NCBI GenBank assembly: GCA_902556105.1
Contig: CACDUZ010000005.1
Location: forward strand, 4,747-68,746
Origin: an uncultured SAR86 cluster bacterium
Lineage (GTDB): Bacteria; Pseudomonadota; Gammaproteobacteria; Magnimaribacterales; D2472
DNA: 64,000 bases
Reading direction: 5' to 3'
Within the stretch, counting starts at the first letter, position 1. Each line of letters opens with the position of its first letter. Below are positions 19,475 to 28,998 of this stretch, piece after piece. A program made the translations under genes and the position numbers. A model generated the notes under the pieces. That model searched no databases. It was not told the DNA's origin and worked only from the letters and a program-made list of their open reading frames with translations.

Positions 19475-20165
19475 CTAGTATATAAGTAAATCTATGAAGA
19501 ACTCCTTCCACAGGTACTGCCTTGCCATCAACAATCTTAGGCTTGTACTTTAATTTCAATGCTGCTCTTACTGAAGCACTATTGAACATAGTGCACGGCC
19601 TATATTCTACAGCAGGATCATTAGGATTTTTGTTTGTGCAATATCCCTCAACAGGTTTTGAATCTTCAACACTTCCTGTCTCAGTAATTGTAAATTCAAC
19701 CAATGCATATCCCATAGTTCCTCTTTCTTGTGCTCTTCTTGGATAAATTGGTATTACTTTAAATAGCGGTATATATTCTCCATCTCTAAAGAAAGAGCCA
19801 CCTGCTTTAAAATTCGCTTTTGGCTTTGCAATAGAGACATCTAGGCCTGTTAGAGGAGCTAGATCAAGCTCAGGCTGAGCTATATCTTCTGGCTGTTCTT
19901 CAGGCTTATCTGGTTTATCAACTTCTGTTAAAAAAGTATCAATTTGTCTTTCAGGCATTACGACATCAGCAAGTTTTACCGAGGTATCTTCTTTTAGGCC
20001 ACTATCTCCGAGAGAGATTAATATAACCATAACGAAAAATAATGCTAGTGTTATTAAAGAGGAAAATCCTATGCCTGCAGCATACTTGTTTGCATTAAAT
20101 GCTTTTACATAAACATTATGGATTGGTTTTGTAAAAGAATTTATAGCTGCAAATACTTGATTCAT
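19464..20165 (-). CDS. tonB: Energy transducer TonB
   Basis: N-terminal TM, Pro/Glu-rich spacer (DKPDKPEEQPEDIAQPE), C-terminal TonB domain (YPRRAQERGTMGYALVEFTI...KYKP). Confidence 0.85.
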   Translation of the reverse strand: MNQVFAAINSFTKPIHNVYVKAFNANKYAAGIGFSSLITLALFFVMVILISLGDSGLKEDTSVKLADVVMPERQIDTFLTEVDKPDKPEEQPEDIAQPELDLAPLTGLDVSIAKPKANFKAGGSFFRDGEYIPLFKVIPIYPRRAQERGTMGYALVEFTITETGSVEDSKPVEGYCTNKNPNDPAVEYRPCTMFNSASVRAALKLKYKPKIVDGKAVPVEGVLHRFTYILDED

Positions 20166-20168
20166 AAA

Positions 20169-20579
20169 TTATTTTGGTTCTGAAGCAAGTGAAATTGCAT
20201 TTACACCAGCCTCCCTTGCTCCATCCATAACTTTAATAATTGTATCTGCTACTGCCTTTTCATCAGCTTGTATAACAACAGATCCTTTAGGATTATCTGC
20301 AAGCAACTTAACAACATTTGCCTTTACTTGTCTTACATCGATTCTTCTTCCATCCATCCAGACTTCACCAGTAGGACCAACTGCTATTAGAATCGCAGCA
20401 TTTTCTTGTGTTTCAGCAGTATCAGAATCAGGTCTGTTTATCTCAAGACCAGGCTCCTTGATGAAGTTTGCTGTTACGATAAAAAATATAAGCATGATGA
20501 ATACAACATCAAGCATAGGAGTTAAGTTTATTTCACTCTCTTCATCTTTAACTGCGCTACTTATTGCATTTCTTCTCAT
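20169..20579 (-). CDS. exbD: Biopolymer transport protein ExbD/TolR
   Basis: INLTPMLDVVFIMLIFFIV signature; 136 aa. Confidence 0.9.
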   Translation of the reverse strand: MRRNAISSAVKDEESEINLTPMLDVVFIMLIFFIVTANFIKEPGLEINRPDSDTAETQENAAILIAVGPTGEVWMDGRRIDVRQVKANVVKLLADNPKGSVVIQADEKAVADTIIKVMDGAREAGVNAISLASEPK

Positions 20580-20588
20580 TTATCTCTC

Positions 20589-21119
20589 CTATAATTCTCT
20601 TTTTATTAATTCTCTTAAATCATTTGTATGTCTGTCTGATGCGCTTCCTAAATATATGCTGGCAAATACTCCTGACAGAGCTACAACCATTCCAGCCATA
20701 GTTGGAAGGGTTGCTTTTGAAACACCTCCAGCCATCGCTCTAGCATCACCACCACCGTTAAAAGCCATTACCTGAAACACTTCTATCATTCCTGTAACCG
20801 TTCCTAGTAGACCAAATAATGGAGCCAGGACTACACAAGTCTGAATGATCGACAAATTACGGTTAATTTCAACTCGAGCTTGAGAAAGCATCTTTTCTCT
20901 AATTTGCAATGCATGCCATGATGTTTTGTCTTTTCGATTATTCCAGTCGCTTGCTAGATCCTGAACGTAGAATTCGTGCCCATGAGAAAAATACCAGATT
21001 CTCTCAAAGATCATTGCCCACATAAAAAATACTAGGATTGCGATTAACCATAAAACGCTACCACCAGCCTCCATAAAATCTCTTATGGAAGAAAAGGCCT
21101 CTGTGATAGCAAAAAACAT
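20589..21119 (-). CDS. exbB: MotA/TolQ/ExbB proton-channel protein (short ExbB)
   Basis: Three TM helices, LGLLGTVTGMIEVF motif. Confidence 0.85.
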   Translation of the reverse strand: MFFAITEAFSSIRDFMEAGGSVLWLIAILVFFMWAMIFERIWYFSHGHEFYVQDLASDWNNRKDKTSWHALQIREKMLSQARVEINRNLSIIQTCVVLAPLFGLLGTVTGMIEVFQVMAFNGGGDARAMAGGVSKATLPTMAGMVVALSGVFASIYLGSASDRHTNDLRELIKREL

Positions 21120-21128
21120 AATTAAGGT

Positions 21129-22517
21129 CTAGCTGCCTTCTGCTCTCTCAGCAAGAATACCGGTACTTTGTTCCTCAAGAACACTAATAATTCCTTTAGC
21201 AGATGATGCTGTGAAAGAGTGTAAGAGTGTTGTCGGTATGGCAACTAATAAGCCTAATACGGTTGTCACAAGTGCTTGTGAAATACCTCCAGCCATTAGT
21301 TTAGGATCACCAGTTCCATATAATGTAATCATTTGGAAAGTAACGATCATACCTGTAACTGTTCCTAATAAACCAGCTAATGGTGCGACGACTGAAATAA
21401 TTCTTACAGCTCCAATGCCTCTTTCTATAGAAGGCCTCTCTGCCATAATTGCTTCTGCTAGTTTTAGCTCTAATGTATCTATATCTTTCTTGAAGTTTTC
21501 TTCACCAACCTTTAGAACTCTTCCAAGAGGATTCCTAACATCTAACGTTTTTGATCCTGATTGAGCTTTAACTGCTTTACCAAGCACAAATAGGCTCCAC
21601 AGTTTCCAGAATGCAATACCAATTCCTATCAAACCAACAAAAATAATTGCGTAACCAACCTCTCTTCCTTGAGCAGCTCGTTCAGCTAGTGAAGGTGTTT
21701 GTATAAGATTTGCTAGTAAACTTCCACCTGTTGGTCCAGTTGGGTCTATGCCAAACTTAACCTGATCGCCAGGATCAGCATTTCCAACTTTCTTAGCAGT
21801 TTTAGTGAAACGACCTACTGGCTGTCTTGGTAAAAATGCAAATTGTCCTGTAGCTGATACATATTCTAAGTATTTGCCATCACAAACAGCATTGAAAAGG
21901 CCAACTCTTGTAACTTTACAAGTTGATGACTCCCCATCTACATCTACTACAGTGGTATCAAATGAAACAACCTGTCCACTTGCAACCATTTCTCTTTGAA
22001 GTTCATACCATAAACCTTCAATCTCTCTAATGGTTGGTAGTTCTGTTGTTTCTGACATCTTTGAAGTCAAATCATTTAGGAAATCTACTCTCTCAAGTCC
22101 AAACTGAGGACTTGTAAGAGATCCTGAGAACTGAACAGCAGCTTCACCTGCAGAACTTTGGAGATGACCAAATAATTCTACTAATGAGCCAAGTTCTTTT
22201 TGATAAGCCTCTTCTTTGACTCTCAGTATTTCCTCATTTTTCTTATATTCTGCTTCAAGTTGATCAGCAATTCTTTCTTGTCTTGCTAACTCTCTTTTTT
22301 CAGCAGCCAAAGTTTCGGCTTGCTTGTTTTTATTCGCTAAAAACTTAGCTTCTCTTTGTGAATTTTCAGACTGCTCTTGAGTTTTACCTTCTTTAACAAG
22401 CATTAAAAGTGCCTCTACAGTTGATACTTCTGGAGTTTCTTCTTCAGCATCTTGAGCAAATACAAAACTATTAAATGTTAAAGATAAAACAAATAAAATT
22501 GATAAATATTTTTTCAT
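21129..22517 (-). CDS. Large MotA/TolQ/ExbB-family protein with periplasmic coiled-coil N-domain (TtpC-like)
   Basis: Signal peptide, long coiled coil, C-terminal channel domain AGLLGTVTGMIVTFQ. Confidence 0.8.
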   Translation of the reverse strand: MKKYLSILFVLSLTFNSFVFAQDAEEETPEVSTVEALLMLVKEGKTQEQSENSQREAKFLANKNKQAETLAAEKRELARQERIADQLEAEYKKNEEILRVKEEAYQKELGSLVELFGHLQSSAGEAAVQFSGSLTSPQFGLERVDFLNDLTSKMSETTELPTIREIEGLWYELQREMVASGQVVSFDTTVVDVDGESSTCKVTRVGLFNAVCDGKYLEYVSATGQFAFLPRQPVGRFTKTAKKVGNADPGDQVKFGIDPTGPTGGSLLANLIQTPSLAERAAQGREVGYAIIFVGLIGIGIAFWKLWSLFVLGKAVKAQSGSKTLDVRNPLGRVLKVGEENFKKDIDTLELKLAEAIMAERPSIERGIGAVRIISVVAPLAGLLGTVTGMIVTFQMITLYGTGDPKLMAGGISQALVTTVLGLLVAIPTTLLHSFTASSAKGIISVLEEQSTGILAERAEGS

Positions 22518-23284
22518 TATGCATCTCCCTTAACAACAGGCATCATTAACATATCTGTTGGAGCTAGTTTTTTAGCCATTCTTATACCATCTCTAATTGG
22601 TTTTCTATAGCTTCCAGATAGTTCTTCCCATGAACCAGTTTCGTTATCCCATCTTCCACTTGTTCTTTCATCTTTAGTTTGGTAGAACATACCAACTCTT
22701 CCAATTACAAGGATGTTTACAACTGTTCCATCAGATAGCTTATCTTCATAAGTATCGATTTTTCTGCCGTATTCTGCTTCGATATTGTAAGCCTCAAGAA
22801 CCTGTCTTACTTGCTCAGATGCTGTAACTTTAGGTTTAGATAAAGAGGCTCTAACTAGATCAACCCTTGCTCTTCTTTCTTCATTTCTAAAAGGTGTGTC
22901 TAGTTGAATAAAGGTTTCTAACGTATCGAGCATTTTTTGTGCCAGTGGAGGTATTTGTCTTTGCATCACTACAACTTGAACTAGCTGCTCATCAAGCTTA
23001 TCCATTAAGTCAAGCTGAGCCTGTATTTGAATCCTTTTTTGGGCATTGTAAAGCTTTAAGCCTTCTACCTGCTTGGAGACAACTTTATACTCATTGACTA
23101 TTTTGTCTGTTTGTCTTTCTGTTTTATCTATCTTGTCTTGTGAGTTTGCAGATAATGTTTGATTTTCTCTACCTACCTCTAAAACACTTTCCATGTTTGC
23201 TTCTACAACTATTTCATTTGCTGAAATTAACGAAGTTGCAAAAAAAACTGTGAGCAAAGATATGCTCTTTTTAAATTTATACAT
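22517..23284 (-). CDS. DUF3450-family periplasmic coiled-coil protein (TtpB-like), first gene of the TonB2-type cluster
   Basis: Signal peptide, coiled coil, C-terminal GRVGMFYQTKD...W..L. RBS AGGGAG lies 8 nt upstream of the ATG. Confidence 0.7.
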   Translation of the reverse strand: MYKFKKSISLLTVFFATSLISANEIVVEANMESVLEVGRENQTLSANSQDKIDKTERQTDKIVNEYKVVSKQVEGLKLYNAQKRIQIQAQLDLMDKLDEQLVQVVVMQRQIPPLAQKMLDTLETFIQLDTPFRNEERRARVDLVRASLSKPKVTASEQVRQVLEAYNIEAEYGRKIDTYEDKLSDGTVVNILVIGRVGMFYQTKDERTSGRWDNETGSWEELSGSYRKPIRDGIRMAKKLAPTDMLMMPVVKGDA

Positions 23285-23448
23285 GTACGTACTCCCTAAG
23301 TCTGATTATATTAACAGTCTCAGACTAATAAATAAATTGTTTAATTCATTATTATTTAACGTTTTATTCTATCAAAAACACAAGAAATTGGATTAATTTT
23401 GCAAAAATTTATATTTTTAAATATATATAATTTTATATCTAATTTAAA

Positions 23449-24297
23449 TTAAATTTTTATGAACAATACAGGAGTTTTTTTCTTATATTCTTGATACGTC
23501 GGATCATCTCCCCATTTTAAGTCCCCTCTTGCCTCTAGCATTCTCACACCGCTAACATATACAAGCAAAAGATAAGTAAAAATTGGAGATATTAATGTTA
23601 AGTATTGAAGTCCTTCCAATGAAGAAAATGACATTACTGCTATACCAGTCCATAAAACAATTTCCCCAAAGTAATTAGGATGTCTTGATCTAGCCCATAA
23701 TCCAGTGGTTATAAACTTGTCCTTATTTTCTTGATTTGCTTTGAAAGCTGATTTCTCCATATCTGCCATTACTTCAATTGCGAACCCGAGAATAAATAAA
23801 GCTAGGCCAATATAGAAAAATGCGTTCGTAACTATTCCAGTATTTGAAGAAATGGCAGTCAGTGCGCACATAGAACAAAGCGAAACCCATAAACCCTGAA
23901 GAGTCCATGTCATAAAAAATTGTGAAGCAGACGGTTTGATTGATCTAAATCTTTTATCTTCACCGTCATGATGAATTCTCATAAATAAAAAACTACCTAG
24001 TCTTATTGCCCATAGAGAGATTAATAAAACAATTACAATATTTGCACCATTAAGATTGGTGAATTGATCTGAAGAAAGGGTTAGTGAGTACCAAATTACT
24101 GATAAATATGTAAGGCTTCCGGTAAGATCATAAAATTTTTCTGTCTGAAAAATATACGCAGGTATAAATGCAATCCACTGAATTGCAAAAGCTAAAAAAA
24201 CTGCGTTGAACACTAGCTCAATTCCAGTCGCTATAGCAATAGAAATTGCAATAAAAAAAGCTATTAGTGCTATTAATAAATTAGTTGCTATCTTCAT
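23449..24297 (-). CDS. DUF1295 / steroid-5-alpha-reductase-like membrane protein
   Basis: Polytopic; C-terminal RSRHPNYFGEIVLWTG motif. Start placed at MKIATN (24297), just after the stop of the upstream gene. Confidence 0.75.
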   Translation of the reverse strand: MKIATNLLIALIAFFIAISIAIATGIELVFNAVFLAFAIQWIAFIPAYIFQTEKFYDLTGSLTYLSVIWYSLTLSSDQFTNLNGANIVIVLLISLWAIRLGSFLFMRIHHDGEDKRFRSIKPSASQFFMTWTLQGLWVSLCSMCALTAISSNTGIVTNAFFYIGLALFILGFAIEVMADMEKSAFKANQENKDKFITTGLWARSRHPNYFGEIVLWTGIAVMSFSSLEGLQYLTLISPIFTYLLLVYVSGVRMLEARGDLKWGDDPTYQEYKKKTPVLFIKI

Positions 24298-24299
24298 AT

Positions 24300-26114
24300 T
24301 TAGTTCCACCCACATGTTCTATTTTTATTTTGCTCATCTAACCATTCTTTTAGAGGTGCATAATAGTTAAGTATTGATTTACCACTTAATTGTCTAGTGC
24401 CAGTAAGATTTTCAAAAGCATCCTGCCATGGCAAGCTTTCACCCATTGCCATAGTTGAAATTATTTTCTGGCCCGCCTCTTTATTTCCATATATTGAACA
24501 CTCATGAAGATAACCGTCAAAGTTTATTTGATTACATAAAGCCTCATGAAATTGATATTGCATAATTCTTGCCAGATAGTATCTCGTGTATGGAGTATTA
24601 CCTGGAATATGATATTTTGCACCTGGATCGAAATATTCTTCCGATCTTTCTTCACTGGTACTTATGCCTTGATATTCTTCTCTTAACTGCCACCAAGATG
24701 AATTTAATTGATCTTCTGTTATTTCACCATTAAATACACCTGATCTCCATTTGTCCAACATCAATGCCCATGGAACCACAACAACCCCCTCTAGAGCTTG
24801 TTTCATTAATAGTCCAATTGGATCTTCTTTAGCAAGATTAGCTTCTTCTTCTGAAATAAATTCTATTTCTTTTAGATAATCTGGAGTTATAGACAAAGTA
24901 AGCAAGTCGCCAAATGCTTCATGAAATCCATCATTGGCCCCTCCTTGAAATAGGGTTGGAAGATGATTGTATGCTTGATAATAAAATATATGTCCTAATT
25001 CATGATGTATCGTTATGAAATCGTCTTCATTTCTTTCTATACACATTTTTATTCTAAGATCGTTAGTTGAAGGATCTAAATTCCATGCCGATGCATGACA
25101 AACTACTGACCTATCCCTAGGTTTAACAAACAAGGATCTTTCCCAAAATGTCTCAGGCAAAGATTCAAATCCTATAGATATAAAAAAATCCTCTGCATAT
25201 TCAACCATTTGAATTTCATCAATTTCTTTTTCTTCAATTATTCTAGCCACATCAATAGAGTTAGAATTTAATTCTTCTGTATAGACTAAATCATATATAT
25301 TTGACCATGACTGACCCCACATATTTCCAAGCATATGGACTGGCAAAGGTCCTGATTCTGGAACAATCTCATCACCATAATGATCATTTAATTTAGCTCT
25401 AACATGACAGTGAAGTGCATCATATAAAGGTTTAACCTCTTCCCATACTCGATCAGTATCAGTTAAAAAATCATTTGCTGGCATGTCATACTTACTAAAC
25501 CATAAATCACTCAATCCATCATAACCAAGATCATTTGAGCCTTGATTACCAATTTCTACCATTCTTAAATACATTGGCTTCATTGGCTTGCTAATTTCAT
25601 GCCAACCCTGCCATGCTGAAAGTAATTCATTCGGGTCTCTTGAATTATCAATTATTGATTCAAATGCTTCTAAGTCATAACATGATCCGTTTTCGTAACA
25701 ATGCTCTCCTGTTCCATACATTGCTGCGAGACTAGTAGTTATCTCTGAAAGTTCAGCCGCCAATTCTTGATTTAATGGAGGAGGCATAACAAAAGAACTC
25801 TTAAGTATATCTAACATCCTTCGATTTTCTGGAGTGGTGCTTATATTGTCAAAGTTTGAAGCTTGTCTAGATCTTTCGAGTGATTTCAAAGTGTATCTGG
25901 TTCCATAATCTGCAATAATTTTTTGTGAATCATGGGTTATAAAATTTGAGCTTATCCAAGAAGCAGAATAAATTACTGGACCGTCTTTCTTATTTTCTTT
26001 ATCTACCATAGATAAGAAATCTTCAAGATTTTGTATTTCTTCAGTTTGTTCGCCACTAGGAACACAAGAAGTTACAATAATGCTAATTAATGTGATAAAT
26101 AAAAAGTTTTTCAT
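24300..26114 (-). CDS. Peptidyl-dipeptidase of peptidase family M2 (angiotensin-converting-enzyme-like), probable lipoprotein
   Basis: HHELGHIFYY zinc motif plus the downstream third ligand FHEAFGD, as in ACE (HHEMGH...HEAIGD). Lipobox-like IIVTSC at the N-terminus. Confidence 0.85.
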   Translation of the reverse strand: MKNFLFITLISIIVTSCVPSGEQTEEIQNLEDFLSMVDKENKKDGPVIYSASWISSNFITHDSQKIIADYGTRYTLKSLERSRQASNFDNISTTPENRRMLDILKSSFVMPPPLNQELAAELSEITTSLAAMYGTGEHCYENGSCYDLEAFESIIDNSRDPNELLSAWQGWHEISKPMKPMYLRMVEIGNQGSNDLGYDGLSDLWFSKYDMPANDFLTDTDRVWEEVKPLYDALHCHVRAKLNDHYGDEIVPESGPLPVHMLGNMWGQSWSNIYDLVYTEELNSNSIDVARIIEEKEIDEIQMVEYAEDFFISIGFESLPETFWERSLFVKPRDRSVVCHASAWNLDPSTNDLRIKMCIERNEDDFITIHHELGHIFYYQAYNHLPTLFQGGANDGFHEAFGDLLTLSITPDYLKEIEFISEEEANLAKEDPIGLLMKQALEGVVVVPWALMLDKWRSGVFNGEITEDQLNSSWWQLREEYQGISTSEERSEEYFDPGAKYHIPGNTPYTRYYLARIMQYQFHEALCNQINFDGYLHECSIYGNKEAGQKIISTMAMGESLPWQDAFENLTGTRQLSGKSILNYYAPLKEWLDEQNKNRTCGWN

Positions 26115-26157
26115 TTAGGAAACCTCGCTATTAAAATAACATAAAAATAAATTTAAT

Positions 26158-26724
26158 ATGAAAATTTCAACAAATCAGTTTAAAAATGGAACTAAATTCA
26201 TTATTGATAATGCCCCCTGCTCTATTGTTGAGCATGAATTCCATAAACCTGGTAAAGGGCAAGCGGTAATGAGGGTTAAATATAAAAATCTTTTAACTGG
26301 TAATACGAATGATAAAACCTTCAAATCTGGCGAAACGGTAGAATCTGCTGATATTAACCACAAGGAAATGGAATTTTTATATAAAGATAGTGGTTCTTGG
26401 CACTTCATGGATACCAATACATTTGATCAGATCGAAATTAGCTCATCTCAGATGGGAGATGCTACAAAATGGCTAGTTGGCCAAGAAGTTTGCGAAATAG
26501 TTTTATGGAATGATGAGCCGATAACAGTAAATCCTCCGGTTATAGTTGAGCTAAAAGTAATAAAAGCTGAGCCTGGAGTAAAGGGTGATACAGTATCTGG
26601 TGCAACAAAAAATGCCGAGCTAGAAACAAATGTTCATATTCAGGTTCCACTGTTTGTGAATGAAAATGAATCAATTAAGGTTGATACAAGAAATATGACT
26701 TACGTTGGGAGAGCTAAATCTTGA
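26158..26724 (+). CDS. efp: Elongation factor P
   Basis: 188 aa; loop KPGKGQA with the modifiable Lys; OB-fold domains. Confidence 0.95.
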   Translation: MKISTNQFKNGTKFIIDNAPCSIVEHEFHKPGKGQAVMRVKYKNLLTGNTNDKTFKSGETVESADINHKEMEFLYKDSGSWHFMDTNTFDQIEISSSQMGDATKWLVGQEVCEIVLWNDEPITVNPPVIVELKVIKAEPGVKGDTVSGATKNAELETNVHIQVPLFVNENESIKVDTRNMTYVGRAKS

Positions 26725-28460
26725 TAGAAGTTATAGATAAGGAGATAAAAAAATTTTTATCCTCAATTGATAATATTAATAAAGAGAACTTAGATGCGAT
26801 TCTTCAAAAGTTTTCGATTACTATTTCAGATAATTTAAATAAAGGGCATCTAACAACAAATGTTTGTATGATTGCTGCAAGCATCCTTAAAGCTAATCCA
26901 AATGAATTAGCAATAAACCTAAAAAATAAACTACAGGGGATTGGTGCCTTTGAAGATGTGCAGGCAGCTGGTCCAGGTTTTATTAACATTACTCTTTATA
27001 GAAAAGATTTTACGTCTACGATTAAAACTATTAATGAAGAAAAAGAAAGCTATGGAAAATCAAATCTTGGCAAAGGACAGAAGATTCAAATTGAATTTGT
27101 GTCTGCAAATCCAACAGGTCCCCTTCATGTTGGGCATGGAAGAGGAGCTGCTTATGGAGATGCTATTGGAAGAATCTTACAAGCGACAGGTTCTTTTGTA
27201 GAAAAAGAATACTACGTCAATGATGCCGGTAGGCAGATTGATATTTTAACGGCTAGTGTAATCCTAAAATTAGCCAAGAAAGATATTAATAATTATTTTC
27301 CAGAAAATGCTTACAAAGGTAAATACATTGAAGAGATTGGAACCAAAATAAACAAAACAATTAAACTAAAATATGATGTTAAGTCTTTAACTAAAAGTAT
27401 TCCTAAGGATCCTGAAGAAGAAATAGATCAAGTTATTGCTAATCTAAAAAGTCTTGATAATGAATCTTGGGTGTTAGTTAAAGATTTTTCTCTCAAAGAA
27501 ATAGTTGAGTCTATAAAAAATGATCTAAATATTTTTAACGTAGATTTTGATAACTGGTTTAATGAGTCCTCTTTAGGTGATATCAATCAAGAATCATCTG
27601 AAATCTCTAGCTCAATAAATAAACTTAAAGCGGATGGTCAAGCATACGAGAAAGATGGTGCTATTTGGTTAAATACAGATATTAGTGGTGATGATAAACA
27701 CAGAGTTTTAATTAGAGACAATGGAAGAACAACCTATTTTGCATCTGATGTTGCATACCATAAAAACAAGATAGAAAGAGGTTTTGATAAATTAATTAAC
27801 GTATGGGGTGCTGATCATCATGGTTATATTAAAAGAATTGAAGCCTCATTAGAGGCTCTTGGTTCAAACAGAAATAAACTTATAGTGAAACTTGTGCAAT
27901 TTGCTAATCTTTTTAAAGATGGCGAGAAAGTAAAGATGTCTACAAGATCTGGCGAATTTTTTACATTAAAGGATCTTATTGAAGATATAGGTGCTGATGC
28001 GGCAAGATTCTATTATTTGTCTAAACAGGCTGATCAGCATCTTGACTTTGATTTAGACTTAGCAAAGTCTGATAGCAAAGAAAATATTTTTTATTACATC
28101 CAATATGCGCATGCGAGAATTGTGTCACTGGAAGAAAAATTTGTAGCAAATTATCCGAGTGCTGGGAAAGATGTTAAAAGCATAGAATCTAATTCCTACA
28201 ATGAGTGTGACAAACTTATTCACGAGATATCTAGGTATCCTGATGTTGTAAAAAAGTCTGCCTCTTCCCTTCAGCCGCATTTAATTATTTATTATCTTCG
28301 AGATTTGTCTCAACTACTGCATAGTTATTATAACGATAATCATGTCTTGTCAGAATCTGAAGAAAACATGAAGGCAATTGTTCAATGTCTCTCTTCAGTA
28401 AGGCAAGTTATTTCAAATGGTTTGAACCTTCTAGGTATTTCACCTATGAACAAGATGTAA
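26721..28460 (+). CDS. argS: Arginine-tRNA ligase
   Basis: HIGH-type PTGPLHVGHGRGA, KMSTRSG, C-terminal anticodon-binding domain. TTG start overlaps the efp stop. Confidence 0.95.
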   Translation: MIEVIDKEIKKFLSSIDNINKENLDAILQKFSITISDNLNKGHLTTNVCMIAASILKANPNELAINLKNKLQGIGAFEDVQAAGPGFINITLYRKDFTSTIKTINEEKESYGKSNLGKGQKIQIEFVSANPTGPLHVGHGRGAAYGDAIGRILQATGSFVEKEYYVNDAGRQIDILTASVILKLAKKDINNYFPENAYKGKYIEEIGTKINKTIKLKYDVKSLTKSIPKDPEEEIDQVIANLKSLDNESWVLVKDFSLKEIVESIKNDLNIFNVDFDNWFNESSLGDINQESSEISSSINKLKADGQAYEKDGAIWLNTDISGDDKHRVLIRDNGRTTYFASDVAYHKNKIERGFDKLINVWGADHHGYIKRIEASLEALGSNRNKLIVKLVQFANLFKDGEKVKMSTRSGEFFTLKDLIEDIGADAARFYYLSKQADQHLDFDLDLAKSDSKENIFYYIQYAHARIVSLEEKFVANYPSAGKDVKSIESNSYNECDKLIHEISRYPDVVKKSASSLQPHLIIYYLRDLSQLLHSYYNDNHVLSESEENMKAIVQCLSSVRQVISNGLNLLGISPMNKM

Positions 28461-28464
28461 CGAA

Positions 28465-28998
28465 ATGAAAGACTTTGCAAATAGGAATAGCAAAAAAAAT
28501 AAGGCCACAAAAAGAAAATCGGTCTTTAGTGCGAATAGACAATCTGAAAGCACAATATCAAAAAATTCATTAATTTTTTTGCTTGTTATGTGTGGTGGGT
28601 TGATAGCTACTTCTGTTTTTTATTTTAAAACTGACGTTGTTTCTATTAAGCCAATTAATTCAACTAATTCTGTAATGATAAATTTCCCAACATCATTATT
28701 AGAGAACTCAGTTTTAATAGAATACAAAGAAGATAATAATTTAATTGAATGTGAGTATTTTGTTCAAATCGGCGCCTATGGAAATAGAAAATATGCTGTT
28801 GAAGCAAAAAATATGCTTGTTGAGGTTGTTGACGATATTTCTATTAATGAAGTCTATAGCACCCTTGAGCCAGGAAAACTTTTAAATAGTGTTTTGAGTG
28901 GTCCGTATTTAAATAGATCGGCCGCCAACAATGCCAAAGAAAAAATTACTAAAAGTGGATTTGATCCTCGTCTAAGAACCTTATGCAAAGAGAAATAA
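28465..28998 (+). CDS. SPOR-domain (peptidoglycan-binding) membrane protein
   Basis: Basic N-terminus, one TM, C-terminal SPOR-like YFVQIGAYGNRKYAVEAKNML...GPY..R..A. Sits after argS, as in pseudomonads. Confidence 0.7.
   Translation: MKDFANRNSKKNKATKRKSVFSANRQSESTISKNSLIFLLVMCGGLIATSVFYFKTDVVSIKPINSTNSVMINFPTSLLENSVLIEYKEDNNLIECEYFVQIGAYGNRKYAVEAKNMLVEVVDDISINEVYSTLEPGKLLNSVLSGPYLNRSAANNAKEKITKSGFDPRLRTLCKEK

Noticed and set aside
20458-21564. Long antisense ORFs inside exbB and the TtpC-like gene (20458..20775, 105 aa; 21211..21564, 117 aa).
   Set aside because: They lie fully inside well-supported genes on the opposite strand. They have low-complexity Ser/Thr/Pro-rich translations, no RBS and no recognisable family. 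This is typical of the mirror frame of higher-GC coding sequence.
23330-23375. A possible Fur box upstream of the TonB2-type cluster (AATAATAATGAATTAAACA on the minus strand).
   Set aside because: My best hand alignment gives only about 9 of 19 matches to GATAATGATAATCATTATC. In DNA this AT-rich, that level is expected by chance. A matrix scan would be needed.
26804-27201. Two overlapping short ORFs (minus 26804..26989, plus 26941..27201) at the 5' part of argS.
   Set aside because: argS motifs run uninterrupted through this region in another frame. These ORFs are frame artefacts.
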